Of a stretch of DNA of 64,000 nt, positions 59,139-64,000 are shown in pieces. The notes beneath the pieces are model-generated. The model worked only from the letters and a program-made list of their open reading frames with translations. It was not told the origin of the DNA and ran no database searches. Made by a program: the position numbers and the translations under genes. This DNA is from Zygnema circumcarinatum SAG 698-1b. Its lineage: Eukaryota > Plantae > Zygnematophyceae. Positions within the stretch are counted from its first letter, which is position 1; each line of letters starts with the position of its first letter. The stretch covers positions 1,573,492-1,637,491 of the forward strand of contig CM074822.1 of assembly GCA_037447605.1 (NCBI GenBank), written 5' to 3'.

Positions 59139-61752
59139 AGCTGCTCCCAATCCTAGAACATGGAGTAGACGTAGCCTACCCTACCTCCGGCGAGGGCCCT
59201 CTCGGCTTTCTCCGAAGCCGAGGAATCGACCTGGACGCCTCTCTGCAGGAGGGAGAGAGAGCCGAACTTGAAGCATTCACTTCTCTCGTGGACTGCCCTT
59301 TGGAAGATGCTCTCCAATATATGCTCTGGATGGAGCCCTCCAATGAAGTAGTTGTGCTTCAACCCTACTCAGCTGTGCTTCCATGGCCCCTCAACCGCAT
59401 AAGTGCATGGCAAGAAATGCGAAAAATGAAGCAAAAATTTACTGTGGGGCGGAGCAAGCCGGCTGTGGCCGCAGAGGTATGTATAAAAGAAGAGGACGGA
59501 ACTGAGCCTCTCTGAAAACCCAGTTTCAGTTTTCTTGAGACAAACCCAGTTTCTTGGAGAGTGATAGTTTTCTTCCATCTTCAGTTATTTAGCTTACTAT
59601 TAAGCCCAAAGTATTATTTGCTTTTATAGTGAAGAAGTGTTAATGAATCGACGACTGTGTTTAGGGTTTAAGTTATAAGGTTATTTGCATGCTTTCGGGC
59701 CCTCTTTTTATGGATCGTTTTGAGCTTAATCGAGCCGGTTCAACTGTTCTTTGGTTGCCAGCTGTACAGCAAAGCAGAAAAGGCGTATTCAGCTCTTGCA
59801 TTCAGGCTCGGGACGCAAAAGCATTTTTTTGTAGAGAGGTAAATTTTACTGTTTATTCTGTCCTCTACTTCTTCGCCTTGTTTCCCCTATTTCCCTTTCG
59901 TACCATTTTAATCGAGCGATGTTAAATAGCACATATCTAAGGGGGGGGCTTTACGAGCGTGTGGGAGTGCTGGAGATAAGTAACTTAACGGCGATGATAA
60001 CTTTATCAAGTGGCATTTATCGGATGGTGTGACTTTGCGCACAACTCATCACATGCGTGGCACATCACGTCACGTCACTTCACGTCACATGTCCAAGTCA
60101 TCTTCCCCCCTCTATTGTTTATTTTTGGCCTCCTCCTCATCTTGGAATTGGGGAATTGGGTGTTGGAGGGGAAATTCTCAGACCTTCAAGTTTAGACGCG
60201 GCAGTTTTCGCCCATGTTATTTTCGTCCTGCGAGCACCACTGGTATGAAATCTTCCATTCCTGAACTGTTTGGGAAAGAGAGGGATCATTGTGTTTATGA
60301 GATGGGGAGTTAGATGGTTGGGGGGAGGGGAGAGGGAGGGAGAGGGAGGGAGAGGGAGGCGGGGGAAGGTGAAAGAAGGGAAGGAGAGAGGGAGGGAAGA
60401 GGGAGAGGGAGGGAGAGGGAGGCGGGGGAAGGTGAAAGAAGGGAAGGAGAGAGGGAGGGAAGCGGGAGAGGGAGGGAGAGGGAGGCGGGAGAGGGAGGGA
60501 GAGGGAGGCGGGGGAAGGTGAAAGAAGGGAAGGAGAGACGGAGGGAAGAGGGAGAGGGAGGGAGAGGGAGGCAGGAAGGTGAAAGAAGGGAAGGAGAGGG
60601 GGAGGGAAGGGGGAGGGGGAGGGAGAGGGAGGCGGGGGACAGTGAACGAAGCGAAAGAGAGAGGGAAGAAGGGGGAGTGGGAGGAGGGGAAGGGGGAGTG
60701 GGAAGGTGAAGGAAGAGACGGAGGGAGGGGGGGAGAGAAGGAGGAAAGGTGAAGGGAGGGAGAGGAGGGAGGGGGGGAAGCGGGAGAGGGAGAGGGTAAA
60801 CAAGTATTGCAATTGAGAAAAAATTCAGCAGCCAATACCTCCCTCAGTATGTTTTTAGAATCTGAGGGTCGGAGATTGGTTTTTTCCTTTTGGGGTTTCT
60901 TTGGTTGGGGAGGGAGAAAGGGCAGTCAGAAAATCCTTTGAAGGCAGCCATAGAAAAGCATCCCAACCTTCAGAAATTCGCTGAGACATTATTGGAGGAA
61001 TTGTTCAAAAGCGAAATTCCCAGAGAGGCTCCTCCCTTCAGCCGAGTTACGGCATCTTCTCAAAAAGCAGCTGCGGGTGCTTTCTTGAACCCTAAGCCCT
61101 CTTCCAATTCTCATGCTTGTAAAGAAACCCCAAAATTGGAGGGACCCCAATATACCAAAACACCCTAAAACTTTTGGATAACTCGGGCAGATTTTGAAAG
61201 CCATCTCAAAGGCTAAAGTTGTTAGGAATGGTCGAATAAGACTCTGATTTGACCTGAATGCGATGGGGTAGCTTCAACACCCTGCCTCTTAAACCTAATT
61301 CTTTAGTAGACTTTCTCTCTCTCCCTCTCCCTCTCCCTCTCTGTGTGTAGGATAACACGCTCAATCCCATGCATGTACGAATCCCCCCCCCCCCATAAGC
61401 ATCACACGCAATAGTGAGGGTGGAATCTCAGTATTCCTCTCCATACATTATCCTTTTCTCCTTCCTTCCTTCCTTACCTTCCTTCCTTTCTTGCACTCTT
61501 CACATTCTCATATAGAAAACGAGCCTCCCCTGCTCTTATTTGTGCCCTATTTTTTTTTTTTTTTTTTTTTTTTTTGCAGGTTCGGAGGGAGAGGCTCAAA
61601 AGAAGGACGAGGCATCCTCCCAGCGGAGGAGGGCTCGCTACTTCCTATTGGCCCAGGCTGCCAGCGTGGCACTCTGGGTCCTGCTTTCCTCCCTGTCGGT
61701 GGAGGTGGAGGATGCTGACGTGGCGGATGACGATGACAATGAAGACCTCTAG
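59139..61752 (+). CDS. MTX: Metaxin (mitochondrial outer-membrane import), 5' exon not visible
   Basis: Exons 59139-59476, 59762-59838, 60182-60242, 60926-(61076 or 61118), 61580-61752; LPWPL, AYSALAFRLG, PSSLDA, RRARYFLLAQ plus TM and acidic tail; first exon probably in the gap near 58950. Confidence 0.8.
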
Positions 61753-63887
61753 AGAGAGAGAGGGAGAGAGAGGGAGAGAGAGAGGGGGGAAGAGAGAGAG
61801 AGGGAGGGGAGAGAGGGGGAGAGAGAGGGGGAGAGAGGGAGAGAGAGGGGGGAAGAGAGGGAGAGAGAGAGGGCAGAGAGGGGGAGAGAGAGGGAGAGAG
61901 GGAGTTGGGGGGGGGGAGAGAGGAGGAGGGACGTGGAGAGAAAGAGAGAGTCTGTGTGGTAATGTGTGCTTGTCCAGTGGAGGTTTATGAGAGAAAAGTT
62001 GGTTCAGATTGCAGTTTTGGAGAGGGCGGGGAAGGAGGAGGGAGGGGGAAGGGAAGGGAGCGAGGAAGAGGGAGGGGGGAGGGAGGAAGAGAGAAGGGGA
62101 GGGAGCGAGGGAGAGAGGGCGAGAGGGAGATATGAGGAGCGCGCATCGATACCATAATGTAACGGCCTTCGTTTTTTTTTGTATTTGAATCTTGAGTTCA
62201 TGTTAGGTGAGATTTTTGATTCGAGATATCTCCAATTTCGTTACTATGTACAAGAATTTTACTTTTGGAGTAATTCCGTTCGAGTTAGAGCTGCAACGTT
62301 CTCTTTGACTGTGAATGTTAAATTGAGGAAAACGAGCACTGGTATTACACGAACACACCGCCACCCTCCACTCCTTCTCCTCTCCCTTCCCCCTCTTCTT
62401 CTCCTCTCTCCCTCCCTTTCCCTCCCCCTCTCTTTCCCCCCCTCTCCCTCCCTCACTTCCCCCCCCCCCTCTCTCTTTCCCCACCTCTCTCTCCCTCCCT
62501 TTCCTTCCCCCCCTCTCCCTCCCTCTCCGTTTCCCTCTCCACTCTCCCTCCCTCCCTTTCCCTCCCCCGTCTCCCTCCCTCTCCCTTTCCCTCTCCCTCC
62601 CTCCCTCCCTCCCTCCCTCCCTCCCTCTCTCCCTCCATCCCTCCCTCCCCCCTCGTTTCTCCTCTCTCTACCTCCCTTTTCCTCCCCCTCCCTCTTCCCC
62701 CCCTCTCATGCCTCCCTTCCCCCCCCCCCTCTCTGATTACCCACCTCTCCATCCCTCCCTTTCCCTCCCCACTCTACCTCCCTCGCTTTCCTTTATCCAC
62801 CTCTCTCCCTCCCCCTCTCCCTCCCCCTCTCCCTCCCCGCTCTCCATCCCTCCCTTTCCTCCCCCCCTCTCCCTCCACCCTGTCCCTCTCCCTCCCTCGC
62901 TTTCCTCCCCCCACCTCCCTTGCCCTCCCAATCTGTTTCCCCCCTCTCTCTCCCTCGCTTTCCTTCCCCCCCCTCTCCATCCCTCCCTTTCCTCCACCTC
63001 CCCCTCTTCCTCCCTCTTCCCCCCCACCAATTCCATGCCCCTCCCTCCAAGATTTCAGAAAACGACGAAACCATGAGAATTGAGCGCAAGAAAATACGGT
63101 TCAGGTGAAACCATTGTGAAAACCTTCTGGTACATTTGTACGCTGACGTGGCGTGCCCCCATTGGTCGGTTCTCGCTCTCCTTGTAGCGGGCGCGGACTG
63201 TCGTTGTCGGGGGAATCCGGTGTCACGATCCGATGATCCTGGACGGAAGTGCGAGCAAGATTCATTGCATGTCACGCGGAAAAACTTGCCCTCAAACGAG
63301 GGCCAATTTCCACGTGAATTTTGCCGCCCTGACAGAAAAAATTCATCCACGGTGCCCTGTTCTATATCCTCCAAACACAAACCGCCATGTGGCAGAACTG
63401 TACACGTGACACATTCCCATTGGCTCGGATCATTTTTTGGCAACCGAGCCCAAGTGCTTTTAGAAGTTTCGGGTGAATTTTGACCGTAAGATCTTGATCG
63501 GACGGCCATAAATCGATTCGTACGGTACGGTCCTATATGCTTAATGTATCGGTCCGGTTTCCCGCGGCCAGGGCGGGCCACCGACATTTCGGTCGCGCTG
63601 ATTGGCTGTCGTGGTCGGTTCGCACGCGCGAATCCCGTCCCTCCTAGAAGCGGTTCTCCCGAAGGGCCTCGTTCTGTATATAAAGGATTGAAGCTTCATG
63701 AATTGGCATGCCCTCTCTCTCCCTCTCGCACTCTGTCTCTCTCCCTCCATCGCTCTCCCTCTCGCTCTCGCTCTCCCCTCTCCCTCTCCCTCTCACTCGC
63801 TCTCTGTCTCTCTCTCCCACTATCGCAATCCCTCTCGCTCTCACTCTCGCTCTCCCCTCTCTCTCTCTCTCTCTGCTCCCGCAAACG

Positions 63888-64000
63888 ATGGCGCAGTCCG
63901 CACTGCTCTCAAGGGCGGCCACAATTGGCAGCAGTGGCTTCCTGGCAGGGGAATATTTAGGGCTGACGTCATTGGTACGGACATCCGTCCGCGCTGTGGC
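63888..64000 (+). CDS. Probable first coding exon of a gene running off the window (transit-peptide-like)
   Basis: TATATAAA at 63677-63684, CT-rich leader, open frame MAQSALLSRAATIGSSGFLAGE... Confidence 0.4.
   Translation, partial: MAQSALLSRAATIGSSGFLAGEYLGLTSLVRTSVRAV

Noticed and set aside
63136-63483. 115-aa ORF as a gene
   Set aside because: No recognisable motif; it lies upstream of a TATA box among CCAAT- and ACGT-like elements, so it is more likely promoter sequence

Overview
Eukaryotic, plant-lineage genomic DNA with spliceosomal introns, plant-type PEX11A, tafazzin and metaxin genes, and very GA-rich introns. A streptophyte alga is my inference, not something shown by the sequence. 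It is a draft assembly with many 10-N gaps and some low-quality stretches. Positions ~1-39 kb are a nest of transposons: (i) a TSD-bounded three-LTR tandem of a non-autonomous Copia-derived element, plus a solo LTR and a partial LTR of the same family; (ii) a TIR/TSD-bounded MULE whose transposase is split by LTR insertions; (iii) three partial Ty3/Gypsy chromovirus copies; (iv) two Copia copies; (v) two copies of a 445-bp TRIM; (vi) several MITEs. Positions ~39-64 kb hold host genes: a large secreted multi-lectin (signal peptide, six F-type/FTP lectin exons alternating with Pro-rich linker exons, C-terminal legume lectin), PEX11A, tafazzin, metaxin (5' exon not visible) and a probable gene start at the right edge. 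Best leads: (1) the TRIM and the protein-coding chromovirus share the same hairpin LTR terminus and both carry a tRNA-like Pol III A-box/B-box module in their LTRs, suggesting a helper/parasite pair; (2) the chromovirus Pol has an extra domain resembling a degenerate Dam-like adenine methyltransferase, behind a -1 frameshift signal; (3) the F-type/extensin-like/L-type lectin gene is built from symmetric phase-1 exon cassettes. All assignments were made by eye without database searches.
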